The position numbers and the translations under genes are program-made. This document shows positions 54,800 to 64,000 of a stretch of DNA of 64,000 nucleotides, one piece after another. This DNA is from Candidatus Fervidifonticultor tertius. Its GTDB lineage: Bacteria; Sysuimicrobiota; Sysuimicrobiia; Sysuimicrobiales; Humicultoraceae. Positions within the stretch are counted from its first letter, which is position 1. The number at the start of each line of letters is the position of its first letter. The stretch is taken from positions 6,559-70,558 of the forward strand of contig JAVKIY010000005.1 of assembly GCA_031459235.1 (NCBI GenBank), given 5' to 3'. Under the pieces are notes generated by a model. It did no database searches. It was not told where the DNA came from and was given only the letters and a program-made list of their open reading frames with translations.

Positions 54800-55973
54800 G
54801 GGGCTTGTCCGCGCGCGACGCGTGTGGAAGCGGTTCCGCACGGACCGACAGCGGCGCCTGCTGCGGGATCAGGTCGGCAGCCTGGTGGCGAGACTGCGCG
54901 GTGAGCACGCCGGCGGCTGGCGGTGGGCGCTCCGCGACGTCAGCCTCGAGGTGGCACCCGGAGAGGCGGTGGGCATCGTCGGCGTCAACGGCTCGGGCAA
55001 ATCGACCTTCCTGAAGATCCTCTCGCGCGTCACGTACCCCTACGCGGGCGAGGTGGAACTGATCGGGCGGGTGGCGGGGTTGATCGAAATCCGCGCCGGC
55101 ATCCATCCGGACCTCACCGGGCGGGAGAACGTCTACCTGTACGGATCGTTGCTCGGGCTCTCGCGCGCCGAGGTCGCCGCGCGGTTCGACGACATCGTGG
55201 CGTTCGCCGAGCTGGGCGACGCGATCGACCGGCAGACGAAGTATTTCTCGTCGGGCATGCAGATGCGCCTGGCGTTCTCGGTGGCGGCGTCGCTGGAACC
55301 CGACATCCTGCTCGTGGACGAGGTCCTGGCGGTCGGCGACGCGGCATTCCAGCAGAAGTGCTTCGATCGGATGCAGACGCTGCTCGGTCGGGGCGTGACG
55401 CTGGTGTTCGTGTCGCACGACCTGGCGTCTGTGGAAGCGCTGTGCACGCGGGGGCTGTGGCTACAGGAGGGGTGCGTGGAGAGCGAGGGTCCGGTGCGCG
55501 AGGTCCTCGGCGCCTACCGGAGCCACATTGAAGGCCTCGCGGAGGCGTCCCGAAGCGTGGGAGACCTGGTGCGGCTGGCGCAGTCGCGCATCGCCGGAGC
55601 GGCGGGCATGAGCATTCGCACCCAGCACCCGCTGGAGGTGAGCGTCGTCCTCGAGAGCGACGCGGCGCGCACCGTGCGCGTGTGCTTCGGGCTCAGTGAG
55701 GGTCCGGCGACGCCGATGGTGGTTCTGCAACGCGAGCTCTCCATCGCCCACGGCGCCACGCGCGTGGCGTGCCGCATCGAACGCCTCCCCTTCCCCAGGG
55801 GTCGCTACTACCTCTGGGCGACCGTCGTCGACGCCGACAGGCACGAGCTGCTGGCCTGGCAACCGGTGACGCACTTCGACGTGGCGGGCCCCGACCTGGA
55901 TCGCCCCCCCCGGGGGATCGTGCGCCTAGCGCCTGTCCACGTCGAGGCGACGTGGCAGCACGACGCGGTGTGA
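54789..55973 (+). CDS. wzt: Polysaccharide export ATPase with C-terminal (Wzt_C-like) domain
   Basis: WALRDVS, GVNGSGKST, LTGREN, FSSGMQMRLAF, DEVLAVGD..FQQKC, plus a ~140-aa C-terminal extension. Confidence 0.93.
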   Translation: MSSRGLVRARRVWKRFRTDRQRRLLRDQVGSLVARLRGEHAGGWRWALRDVSLEVAPGEAVGIVGVNGSGKSTFLKILSRVTYPYAGEVELIGRVAGLIEIRAGIHPDLTGRENVYLYGSLLGLSRAEVAARFDDIVAFAELGDAIDRQTKYFSSGMQMRLAFSVAASLEPDILLVDEVLAVGDAAFQQKCFDRMQTLLGRGVTLVFVSHDLASVEALCTRGLWLQEGCVESEGPVREVLGAYRSHIEGLAEASRSVGDLVRLAQSRIAGAAGMSIRTQHPLEVSVVLESDAARTVRVCFGLSEGPATPMVVLQRELSIAHGATRVACRIERLPFPRGRYYLWATVVDADRHELLAWQPVTHFDVAGPDLDRPPRGIVRLAPVHVEATWQHDAV

Positions 55974-57184
55974 GAGTGCTCGTCGCCAGCCAGACCGTGC
56001 CCTCCCCGCCGATCTCGGGTGCGAGGATCCGGCTGGCGCACGTGGTCGCCTCGCTGACCGCCCTCGGCCACGTGGACCTGTTCGCCATGCCCGACCGACC
56101 GATGCCGCCCCAGGGACCGACGGGGGTCCGGCTGGAGGTGGCGGTGCGCGCGCCAGCGACCACCCCATGGTGGCGCAGGCTCTCGTGGTGGGCACGCGCG
56201 GACTGCCCGCCGGCGCTCGCCGGCGCCGGTCGCGCCACGGTGCGCGGGCGGTTCATGGCCTGGGCCCACCCGTCGTACGATCTCGTCTGGTTTCACCGGG
56301 CTGAGAGCTACGCGCTCCTGCACGACCTCGCCGTCGGACCCACCATTGTGGACCTCGACGACCTGGAGGACCGGAAGATCCTCGGCCGGCTGGCCGTCGC
56401 CCCCGTCACGCTCCCTGGCCCGGGGCCCCTGCGCGCCGTGCGCCGGGCGCTGGCGGAGGTCGCCGGCCGCCGCGACGCGCACGCCTGGCGGCGATGGCAG
56501 ACTCGAATCGCCGCCTCCGTCCAGGCCGTGGCTGTGTGCAGCGAAGCCGACCGCAGGCACCTGGGGGCGCCCAATGCCAGCGTGATCGCGAACGGCTACG
56601 ACGACGCGGACCGGCCGGCCGGCCGCGAGGCCGTGGCGGACCCGCCGACGATCCTGTTCGCGGGTTTCCTGGCCTACCCGCCCAACCTCGACGGGGCCGT
56701 GTGGCTCCTCGACGAGATTGCACCGCGGATATGGCGGCGGCGGCCCCGAGTACGATTCCGGCTCGTGGGGGACGCCCCGGAGGCACTGCGCCAGCGGCAC
56801 GACCCGCCGGCCGTCACGGTGAGGGGCGTGGCTTCCGACATGTGGCCGGAGCTGGCAACCGCCGACCTGGTCGTCGTCCCGATCCGGTTCGGAAGCGGCA
56901 CCCGCATCAAGATCCTGGAGGCGTTCGCGCACCGTCTCCCGGTCGTGGCCACACCCGCCGGCGCCGAAGGGCTGGAGGTCACGCATGAGCGCGAGCTGCT
57001 GCTCGCCGGGGATGCGGACGCCTTCGCCGACGCCTGCCTGCGCGCGCTGGGCGACCCCCCGCTGCGCCGGAGACTCGCGGACGCGGGATGGCACCTCTAC
57101 CGGACGCGCTACCGGTGGGCGGACATCGAGCGGACGATCCTCGCACTCGCCCGACGGGTCGCCTCGGGAGGTCGCTGTGCCTGA
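55970..57184 (+). CDS. Glycosyltransferase family 4
   Basis: P.SGARIR, VCSE.DR, NG, Y.PN.DG, VPIRFGSGTRIKILEAFA. Confidence 0.9.
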   Translation: MRVLVASQTVPSPPISGARIRLAHVVASLTALGHVDLFAMPDRPMPPQGPTGVRLEVAVRAPATTPWWRRLSWWARADCPPALAGAGRATVRGRFMAWAHPSYDLVWFHRAESYALLHDLAVGPTIVDLDDLEDRKILGRLAVAPVTLPGPGPLRAVRRALAEVAGRRDAHAWRRWQTRIAASVQAVAVCSEADRRHLGAPNASVIANGYDDADRPAGREAVADPPTILFAGFLAYPPNLDGAVWLLDEIAPRIWRRRPRVRFRLVGDAPEALRQRHDPPAVTVRGVASDMWPELATADLVVVPIRFGSGTRIKILEAFAHRLPVVATPAGAEGLEVTHERELLLAGDADAFADACLRALGDPPLRRRLADAGWHLYRTRYRWADIERTILALARRVASGGRCA

Positions 57185-57914
57185 GTGGCTCCGGCCGGTC
57201 CGGATGGTCCTCCGGCGGGCGCCGTGGCAGACGCTGATGCGGCTGCGCGAGCGGACCGGCCCCGTCATCGCGGAGCTCGTCGGACCGCTCCGCCTCGACG
57301 TGCTGGTCGTGCGCGACTTCTTGCGGTTCTACGTGGACCATCAGGACCTGGCGGCGGACAGCTTCGACGCGTTCGTCCACGCCGCCCGCGACCACCGGTT
57401 CTGGGATCTGATCTACGGATGGTTCAGTCTCTACCAGCCGGAGGCCGTGCGCGACCCCAGGGTCTTTGGCGAGCACTTCGCCGGCCAGGTCCGCAGATCG
57501 GTCATGCTGTGGCACGAGCTCGCGGACGGATATGACCGACAACGGCCGATCGAAGTCAAGGTCGCCGCGCGCGTGCTCCCGACGCACACAGGGAAGATCG
57601 TGCACAGCCGCCAGGGACTGGGCGACGGCGGTCACAGGGCGGCCTGCCTCATGCTGAGGGGCCTGCGAACGCTACCGGCTGGCGTGGTCCGCTACACGTG
57701 GTTTCGGCGGCGGCGGCCGTACGACGGCACCTGGGTGCTCACCCACCGGCGGGCGCTCGGGCCGACCGAGTACTTCGGCTATCTCTCGGAGGTCTATGGG
57801 TCGCCAAACCCCCTCCGCACGGCGGCCGCACTGCGCCGGTTCGTGGCCGCAGCGGCACCGGCACGACTTCGCGAGCTCGAGTCGGTCATCCGCGGCGACG
57901 GCTACGACGGGTGA
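57177..57914 (+). CDS. Hypothetical protein with ParB/sulfiredoxin-like DGxHR motif
   Basis: SD GGAGG plus GTG 57177. Contains GYD..RPIEV...LGDGGHRAACL. Confidence 0.75.
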   Translation: MPEWLRPVRMVLRRAPWQTLMRLRERTGPVIAELVGPLRLDVLVVRDFLRFYVDHQDLAADSFDAFVHAARDHRFWDLIYGWFSLYQPEAVRDPRVFGEHFAGQVRRSVMLWHELADGYDRQRPIEVKVAARVLPTHTGKIVHSRQGLGDGGHRAACLMLRGLRTLPAGVVRYTWFRRRRPYDGTWVLTHRRALGPTEYFGYLSEVYGSPNPLRTAAALRRFVAAAAPARLRELESVIRGDGYDG

Positions 57915-57917
57915 GCG

Positions 57918-59186
57918 ATGAACGCGCGGGTCGGACCGCTGGTCAGCGTGATCATCCCGTCGCACAACTACGCCCACTTCCTCGGCGCCGCGATCCAGAG
58001 CGCCCTCGACCAGCGCTACCGCCCCCTGGAGGTCATCGTGGTGGACGACGGCTCCACCGACGACACGCCCGCGGTCCTCGAGCGCTACGCCGGGCGGGTG
58101 AAGGCGCTGCGCCTCGACGGCCGCGGGGTCGCGGCCGCGCGCAACGCCGGGCTCGCCCGGGCCGAGGGTCGATACGTGATCTTTCTTGACGCGGACGACC
58201 TGCTGCTGCCGGACGGGGTCACCGCCCAGGTGGCGCGGTGCGCGCGGGACCCGGACCTGGGCGTCGTCATCGGCGCCTGGTACGTGTGCGACGTCCGGCT
58301 CGGCACGAGCGCGCTGGTCCATAGCCCGTTGCGTGCGGGCAGCGTGCTCCCGCAGCTCCTGCGGGGCAACGTCGTCACGACACCGTCGGCGCTGCTCGCG
58401 CGCCGCGACGTGCTCGCCGCCGCCGGGGGATTCGATACCGACCTGAGCTTCACCGCGGACTGGGAGATGTGGATTCGCCTGGCCCGGGGCGGGGTCAGGT
58501 TCGCGACGATCGAGACGCCGACGGCGGTCTACCGCGTCCACGGGCACAGCATGACGCGGGACCTCGAGCGCGCGGTGCGCGATGTGGTCCTGGTCCAGGA
58601 CCGGTGCTTCGCCGATCCGCTCCTGGACGGAGAGACCAGGGCGGTGGAGCCCGCAGCCCGCGGGTCCATGCTGCAGTACCTCGGCCGGCTGGCCACGCAG
58701 CAGGGCGATGCCGATCGCGCGGCGGCGCTGTTGCGGCGTGCGCTCGCCTGCGACCCGTCGCTGGCGGACTCGCTCGACTTCTACCACGGCATCGCCCGAG
58801 CGCTGTGGGACCGGGAGCGGCGCGCCGGCCGCGGCCGCGTGGCGGCGGCCACGACCCGTCTGCCCGCGGTGCTCGCGCGGATCGACCCAACGCCCACCGC
58901 GCATCGCCGGGCGCTGCTCCTCCTGGCCGCCGGCATCGTCGCCCGCGGCGCCGGGGCATGGGGCCAGGCCGTGCGCTCGCTGCTCGCCGCGCTACGCGCC
59001 TCCCCATCCACCGTCCTGGCGGCCCCGCAGCGGACGGCGGCCCTCCGTCTGCCGGTTCCGCCGTGGCTTACCGGCGCGGTCCGGGGGCTGCTCGCGCGTG
59101 CCGGGCTGCGTCCCGCGACAGACCCTCCGCTTCCACCGCTCGTCGCGGCACTGCTGGGAGACCATCATGGCCACCGCCGTGCTTGA
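57918..59186 (+). CDS. Glycosyltransferase family 2 with helical C-terminal extension
   Basis: VSVIIPSHN, VVDDGSTD, ARNAG, FLDADD, GGFD...ADWEMW. Confidence 0.92.
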   Translation: MNARVGPLVSVIIPSHNYAHFLGAAIQSALDQRYRPLEVIVVDDGSTDDTPAVLERYAGRVKALRLDGRGVAAARNAGLARAEGRYVIFLDADDLLLPDGVTAQVARCARDPDLGVVIGAWYVCDVRLGTSALVHSPLRAGSVLPQLLRGNVVTTPSALLARRDVLAAAGGFDTDLSFTADWEMWIRLARGGVRFATIETPTAVYRVHGHSMTRDLERAVRDVVLVQDRCFADPLLDGETRAVEPAARGSMLQYLGRLATQQGDADRAAALLRRALACDPSLADSLDFYHGIARALWDRERRAGRGRVAAATTRLPAVLARIDPTPTAHRRALLLLAAGIVARGAGAWGQAVRSLLAALRASPSTVLAAPQRTAALRLPVPPWLTGAVRGLLARAGLRPATDPPLPPLVAALLGDHHGHRRA

Positions 59187-60342
59187 CCTGGACCTGAGCG
59201 CTGCACCGGCGGACATCGCCGGCCTCAATCGGTACGACCGCGCCCTGGTGTTGATACGCTGGTGTGGGCACCCCGTCGGGGTTGTCGAGCTGCCGGTGGC
59301 GGGCGGACGCCTCGACGGCCAGGCGACGCGACGAGCCATGATCGACCGCCTGGACTGGGCGTTCTGGGAGCGCTGGCTGCGCGACCGCCTCGGCGAACCC
59401 GCGCCGGCGAGGCGGCCCGCGACCGTGGCCATCTGCACGCGCGAACGCCCGGACGACCTGCAGCGCGCCCTGGAGGCGGTCACCCGCGGCCTCGACGACG
59501 GTGACGAGCTGCTCGTCATCGACAACGCGCCGTCCTCGGACGCCACGCGGCGCGTGGTGGAGCGCTTCCCCGTTGCGCGCTACGTGTGCGAGACCCGCCA
59601 GGGGCTCGATGTGGCCCGCAACCGGGCACTCCGCGAGGCCCGGTGGGACGTGGTGGCGTTCACTGACGACGATGCGGTCCCCGACCGCGGGTGGCTACGC
59701 GCGCTGCTGCCGCCCTTCGCCGATCCCCTGGTCCTCTGCGTGACCGGGTTGACGATGCCGCTCGAGCTCGAAACCCCGGCGCAGGAAGCATTCGAGCGCT
59801 ACGCGCCCTTCGGGCGGGGGTTCCGGCGCCGCGTGTTCGACGGGACACGTGACGACCCGCTCGCGGTCGGTCACGTGGGCGCCGGCGCGAACATGGCGAT
59901 TCGGCGCAGCGCGCTTGAGGTGGTGGGGCCGTTCGACGAGGCCCTCGACGCGGGCACGGCGTCGCGGACCGGCGGCGATCACGAGATGTTCGCGCGCATC
60001 CTGGCCGCAGGGTACCGCATCGTCTACGAGCCCGACGCGCTGAGCTGGCACCGCCACCGGCGCGCGTGGCCGGAGGTGCGACAGACGGCGTACGGGTACG
60101 GGGTGGGCGTCTACGCCATGTGGACGCGACTCCTCTTCGAGGCCGGCGAGGTGGGCGTCCTCAGCCGCAGCCTGACCTGGCTCTTCGACTACCAGCTCCC
60201 CAGGATCGCGCGCGCCGCATCGCGGCGCGCCGGCAGCCCGCCGGTTCTCCTCCTGCTGGCCGAGCTCTGGGGCTGCGCCGCCGGCCCGTGGGCCTATCTG
60301 AGCGCACGTCGGCGCCTCCGCCGTGGCCTCGCCGCAGGGTAG
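59167..60342 (+). CDS. Glycosyltransferase family 2 with N-terminal accessory domain
   Basis: VAICTRER, VIDNAP, ARNRAL, FTDDDA, GANMA, GGDHEM. Confidence 0.9.
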   Translation: MATAVLDLDLSAAPADIAGLNRYDRALVLIRWCGHPVGVVELPVAGGRLDGQATRRAMIDRLDWAFWERWLRDRLGEPAPARRPATVAICTRERPDDLQRALEAVTRGLDDGDELLVIDNAPSSDATRRVVERFPVARYVCETRQGLDVARNRALREARWDVVAFTDDDAVPDRGWLRALLPPFADPLVLCVTGLTMPLELETPAQEAFERYAPFGRGFRRRVFDGTRDDPLAVGHVGAGANMAIRRSALEVVGPFDEALDAGTASRTGGDHEMFARILAAGYRIVYEPDALSWHRHRRAWPEVRQTAYGYGVGVYAMWTRLLFEAGEVGVLSRSLTWLFDYQLPRIARAASRRAGSPPVLLLLAELWGCAAGPWAYLSARRRLRRGLAAG

Positions 60343-61678
60343 TCCTCCCCTGAACGCGGCGGAGGTGACGCCGGCGGTGAGCATCGTCATTCCGACGCAC
60401 AACCGGCGCGAGCGACTGCGCCGGACCCTCGACGCCCTGGCCACCGTCACCCGGCCGCCTGGCGGCCTCGAGGTCGTCGTCGTCATGGACCGCTGCACCG
60501 ACGGCACGGACGCCATGCTCCAGCGGCTGCACCCGCCCTTCCCCCTCCGCGCGCTGGCGCTCGCCGGCCAGGGCGGACCGGCGGCGGCGCGCAATGCCGG
60601 CGCCGCGGCCGCGCAGGGATCGCTGCTGCTGTTCATGGACGACGACGTGGAGCCCTCGCCCGGGTTCGTCGCGGCCCACGTCGCGGCGCATGCCGCGCCC
60701 GACGCGGTGGTCATCGGTGCCCTCTCCCCCGCGCTGGACGGACAGGCGGGGTTCTTCCGGATCGCCCTGCGCCGGTGGTGGGAAGATATGTTCGACCGCA
60801 TGCGTCGCCCCGGACATCGCTTCTGCGCTTTCGACCTGCTGTCGGGCAACGTCTCCCTGCCTGCAGCCCTGTTTCATCGCGCCGGGGGATTCGACCCGAC
60901 GTTTACCTGCCACGAGGACTACGAGCTCGGCGTCAGGTTGATGCGGCTGGGCGCCCGGTTCACATTCGCGGAGGCGGCGGTTGCCCGGCATCACGAGGCG
61001 ACCGACCTGCGAGGGGCCCTGCAGCGCAAGTTCGAGGAGGGGCGCGCTGACGTCGCCCTGGGCCACAAGCATCCCGAGATCATCCCCGAACTTCCGCTGC
61101 ACCGGCTGTGGGAACTGCGGTCGCGCCGGGCACGGGCCGTGCGGCGCCTGGCGTTTCTCGCCCCGGCCGCCACCGGCGTGACCACGCGGGCGGGCCTCGT
61201 CGCGCTGTGGGTGCTAGAACGCGTCCGTGCGCGTCGCCTCTGGCGCCGGGTACTCAACGACCTGTTGACGTACTGGTACTGGCGCGGAGCGGCCGGCGCG
61301 CTGGGGTCGCCCGCGGCCCTGGCCCGGTTTGCAACCGCAAGGTCCGGCGACGCAAGCGGCGCAGAGGAGGTGCTGATCGACCTGCGCGACGGGGTGGCGA
61401 CGGCGGAGGCGAGCCTGGACCGGCTGCGGCCCGCGGCCGCGCGCCTCGTGTACGGTCCCCACCCGGTGGGGCGGCTCCCCGCGCGTCCCGGCGCGGAAGC
61501 CCTGGCTGGCAGGCATCTGCGGCCTCTCCTGGAGGGGGCCCTCGCGGCGCCCTTGCTGGACGCGATGGCCCGGGCCGGGGCGGTACCGGCCGACTTGGAC
61601 GCGACGCGGCTCCGCGCGCTGTGCCGCGCCGTGCCGGCCAGACCGACGTCGGACGCGGAGCCGGCGACCCGGTCGTGA
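60323..61678 (+). CDS. Glycosyltransferase family 2 with C-terminal accessory domain
   Basis: SIVIPTHNR, ARNAG, FMDDD, SGNVS, GGFD...HEDYELG. Confidence 0.9.
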   Translation: MASPQGSPPLNAAEVTPAVSIVIPTHNRRERLRRTLDALATVTRPPGGLEVVVVMDRCTDGTDAMLQRLHPPFPLRALALAGQGGPAAARNAGAAAAQGSLLLFMDDDVEPSPGFVAAHVAAHAAPDAVVIGALSPALDGQAGFFRIALRRWWEDMFDRMRRPGHRFCAFDLLSGNVSLPAALFHRAGGFDPTFTCHEDYELGVRLMRLGARFTFAEAAVARHHEATDLRGALQRKFEEGRADVALGHKHPEIIPELPLHRLWELRSRRARAVRRLAFLAPAATGVTTRAGLVALWVLERVRARRLWRRVLNDLLTYWYWRGAAGALGSPAALARFATARSGDASGAEEVLIDLRDGVATAEASLDRLRPAAARLVYGPHPVGRLPARPGAEALAGRHLRPLLEGALAAPLLDAMARAGAVPADLDATRLRALCRAVPARPTSDAEPATRS

Positions 61679-63285
61679 GGCCGCGCGCCTCGGTGGTCAT
61701 CACCTGTCACAACCAGGGCGCCTTTCTGGCGCAGGCCATCGAGAGCGCGCTGGCCCAGACGTATCCAGGGGTCGAGGTGATCGTGGTCGACGACGGGTCC
61801 ACCGACGAGACCGCCGAGGTTGCCGCGCGCTACCCGGACGTGCGGCTGGTCTCCCAGCCTCGCGCCGGCCTGCCGGCGGCCCGCAACGCCGGGCTAGGGC
61901 TCTGTACCGGAGACGTTGTGACTTTCCTGGACGCGGATGACCGCCTGTTGCCGCACGCCGTGGAGACCGGGGTGCGGGCCCTGCTCGCGCACCCCGAGGC
62001 GGCGTGTGTGGCCGGCCACTACCGGCTCATCGACGCCGCCGGCACCGTGACGGCCGAGTGGGCGCGCGCGCCCGTGGATTTCGACCCCTACGCCGCCTTG
62101 CTGCGGCGGAACCACATCGGGATGCACGCCGCCGTCCTCTACCGCCGCGCGGTTCTGGTCGAGCTCGGCGGGTTCGACACCACCCTGCGCGCGTGCGAGG
62201 ACTATGACGTCTACCTGCGTCTCGCGCGCGCGCACGACATCCACGTCCACGGGGTCCTGATCGCCGAGTACCGGCGCCACGCGGGCAACCTCAGCCGCGA
62301 CCCCGTTCTCATGCTCGAGGCGGCGCTGCGCGTCCACCGGCGCCAGTGGCCGTACGTCCGGACCCGGCCGCGGTACCTGGCAGCCTACCGTGAGGGCCGC
62401 GCGTTCTGGCGGGACTACTACGGCGGTCAGGTCCTGGAGCTGCTGCGGACGGGCACCGGGGATGCGACCCGCATCCGGCGCGCCGCGTGGGCGCTGCTCG
62501 TCCATCACCCGTGGGGCCTCGCACGCGCCGGCCTTCCCGCGGTGCGCGCCGCGTTGCTCCGCCGGATCTGGCGCCGCATCCGGCGGGGCATCGCCGCGGC
62601 TATCCGTCGGGGCGCGCCGGCCCCGCGGAGGAGATCTGTGCGGTTCGGCGACCTCCGGCGGCTCACGCCGATCAGCGAGGTCTTCGGCTTCGACCGGGGG
62701 CAGCCGATCGACCGCCGGTACATCGAAGCGTTCGTGGCGCGCCACCGCGCCGACGTGCGGGGACGGGTGCTGGAGTTCGGGGACGCCGTGTACACGACGC
62801 GGTTCGGCGGGGACCGCGTCGCGCACAGCGACGTGTGGCACGTCGAGGAGGAGCGCCCGGGGACGACGATCGTGGGCGACCTCACGCGGGCCGACCATGT
62901 CCCGTCGGAAGCGTTCGACTGTATCATCTGCACGCAGACGCTCCACTTGATCTACGACTTGCCTGCGGCGGTCCGGACGCTTCACCGGATCCTCAAGCCC
63001 GGCGGCGTGGTCCTGGCCACGGTGCCCGGCGTCAGCCGGGTGGCGTCCGACGAGTGGGGCCCGCGGTGGTGCTGGTCGCTTACCGTCACCTCGGCCCGAC
63101 GCCTGTTCGAGGAGTGCTTCCCGACCGACCGCATCGAGGTCGCCGCGGCGGGCAACGTTCTCGCCGCGACCGCCTTCCACTATGGACTCGCATCACACGA
63201 GCTGCGGCCTGAAGAACTCGACACCCACGACCCGCACTACCCTGTGGTCGTCACCGTGCGCGCGCAGAAGCCACAGGCCGGATGA
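61675..63285 (+). CDS. GT2 fused to a class-I SAM methyltransferase
   Basis: GT2 part (VVDDGSTD, FLDADD, CEDYD), then FGFDRG.PIDRRYIE, VLEFG, FDCIICTQTL, LKPGGVVL. Confidence 0.9.
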   Translation: MRPRASVVITCHNQGAFLAQAIESALAQTYPGVEVIVVDDGSTDETAEVAARYPDVRLVSQPRAGLPAARNAGLGLCTGDVVTFLDADDRLLPHAVETGVRALLAHPEAACVAGHYRLIDAAGTVTAEWARAPVDFDPYAALLRRNHIGMHAAVLYRRAVLVELGGFDTTLRACEDYDVYLRLARAHDIHVHGVLIAEYRRHAGNLSRDPVLMLEAALRVHRRQWPYVRTRPRYLAAYREGRAFWRDYYGGQVLELLRTGTGDATRIRRAAWALLVHHPWGLARAGLPAVRAALLRRIWRRIRRGIAAAIRRGAPAPRRRSVRFGDLRRLTPISEVFGFDRGQPIDRRYIEAFVARHRADVRGRVLEFGDAVYTTRFGGDRVAHSDVWHVEEERPGTTIVGDLTRADHVPSEAFDCIICTQTLHLIYDLPAAVRTLHRILKPGGVVLATVPGVSRVASDEWGPRWCWSLTVTSARRLFEECFPTDRIEVAAAGNVLAATAFHYGLASHELRPEELDTHDPHYPVVVTVRAQKPQAG

Positions 63286-64000
63286 TCCGGGGAGCCCTCG
63301 CGGCATGGCGCCGGCGCGTGCGCCGGCCGCGGCGAGCCGCAGCGCCGCGGGCCCTCATCCTGCTCTACCACCGGATCGGGGAACCGGGCGTCGATCCGTG
63401 GGGGCTCACCGTCACCCCCGCGCGGCTGGCGCAGCACCTGGACGCGCTGCGGCGCTCCCGCCGCGTGGTTCCCTTGCACGAGCTGCTCGAGCGGCTCCGC
63501 CGCGGGGAGGGGCGGCTGGCCGCGGTCACCTTCGATGACGGCTATAGCGACGCCCTCACCCAGGCGGCCCCGCGGCTCGCGGATGCGGGCGTCCCCGCCA
63601 CGGTCTTCGTGACCACGGGTGCCCTCGACCGCCCCGCCGAGCACTGGTGGGATACACTGGCGCACCTCGTGTTTGCTGGCGCCCTCCCGGCGACGTGCGA
63701 CCTCGAGCTGGCCGGCCGGCCGTTTCGGATGTCGCTCGAGGCAGGGGCCAGCGGGGACCACGCAGAGGCCACCGACGGCCCGTGGCGCGCGTGGGAGCCG
63801 CCGCCCGGTCCGCGTGAGGCGCTGTACCGGGCCCTCTACGATCTCCTGCTTCCCCTGCGGGAACTGGAGCGTCGCCGCGCGCTCGACGCGCTCCACGCGT
63901 GGGCGGGAGTAGCTCAGGCGATCAGGGCCTCGCACCGACTGCTGACCGCCGCCGAGCTGCGCGACCTCGCCCGGCGCGACCACATCGAGATCGGCGCTCA
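63282..64000 (+). CDS. Polysaccharide deacetylase (NodB-like), 3' truncated by window edge
   Basis: ATGA overlap; ILLYHRI, VTFDDGY, PATVFV, IEIGAH. Not in the ORF track because it runs off the window. Confidence 0.9.
   Translation, partial: MIRGALAAWRRRVRRPRRAAAPRALILLYHRIGEPGVDPWGLTVTPARLAQHLDALRRSRRVVPLHELLERLRRGEGRLAAVTFDDGYSDALTQAAPRLADAGVPATVFVTTGALDRPAEHWWDTLAHLVFAGALPATCDLELAGRPFRMSLEAGASGDHAEATDGPWRAWEPPPGPREALYRALYDLLLPLRELERRRALDALHAWAGVAQAIRASHRLLTAAELRDLARRDHIEIGA

Noticed and set aside
1-64000. tRNA, rRNA, IS elements, prophage genes
   Set aside because: No cloverleaf, rRNA-like segment, transposase, integrase or phage motif was seen, and intergenic gaps are short.

Overview
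Very GC-rich bacterial chromosomal segment with about 60 CDSs. I saw no rRNA, tRNA, CRISPR array or transposase. Left to right it contains: a partial N-acyl-D-amino-acid deacylase; a small-protein plus nucleotidyltransferase pair that looks like a toxin-antitoxin module; molybdo-hydroxylase maturation genes (mocA, xdhC, coxE, coxD, coxG); and three separate xanthine-dehydrogenase/CoxLMS-family enzyme sets, none with the form-I CO dehydrogenase motif. The first set sits in an IclR-headed catabolic operon with two RedY/HapK-like proteins (one fused to a cupin), an LLM oxidoreductase and a Dpp-type ABC importer lacking ATPases. The second set (about 21.5-39.8 kb) is surrounded by cytosine deaminase, an NMT1/THI5-like ABC importer, a cyclase-family amidohydrolase, a family-III CoA-transferase, a fused AccD-AccA carboxyltransferase and the FdrA/DUF1116/DUF2877 trio. 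Together these suggest a barbiturase-free oxidative pyrimidine/ureide pathway (inference). Also present are a secreted protein of five 43-aa repeats next to a RidA pseudogene, a TAT Kelch protein, an S41 protease, a MacAB-TolC operon with an LTxxQ protein and a 15-codon uORF, and an acyl-CoA synthetase. The window ends in a Wzm/Wzt glycan locus containing a ParB/Srx-motif orphan and a GT2-methyltransferase fusion. A recurrent sigma-H-like promoter motif precedes about ten operons. All calls come from motif recognition by eye; no database searches were run.
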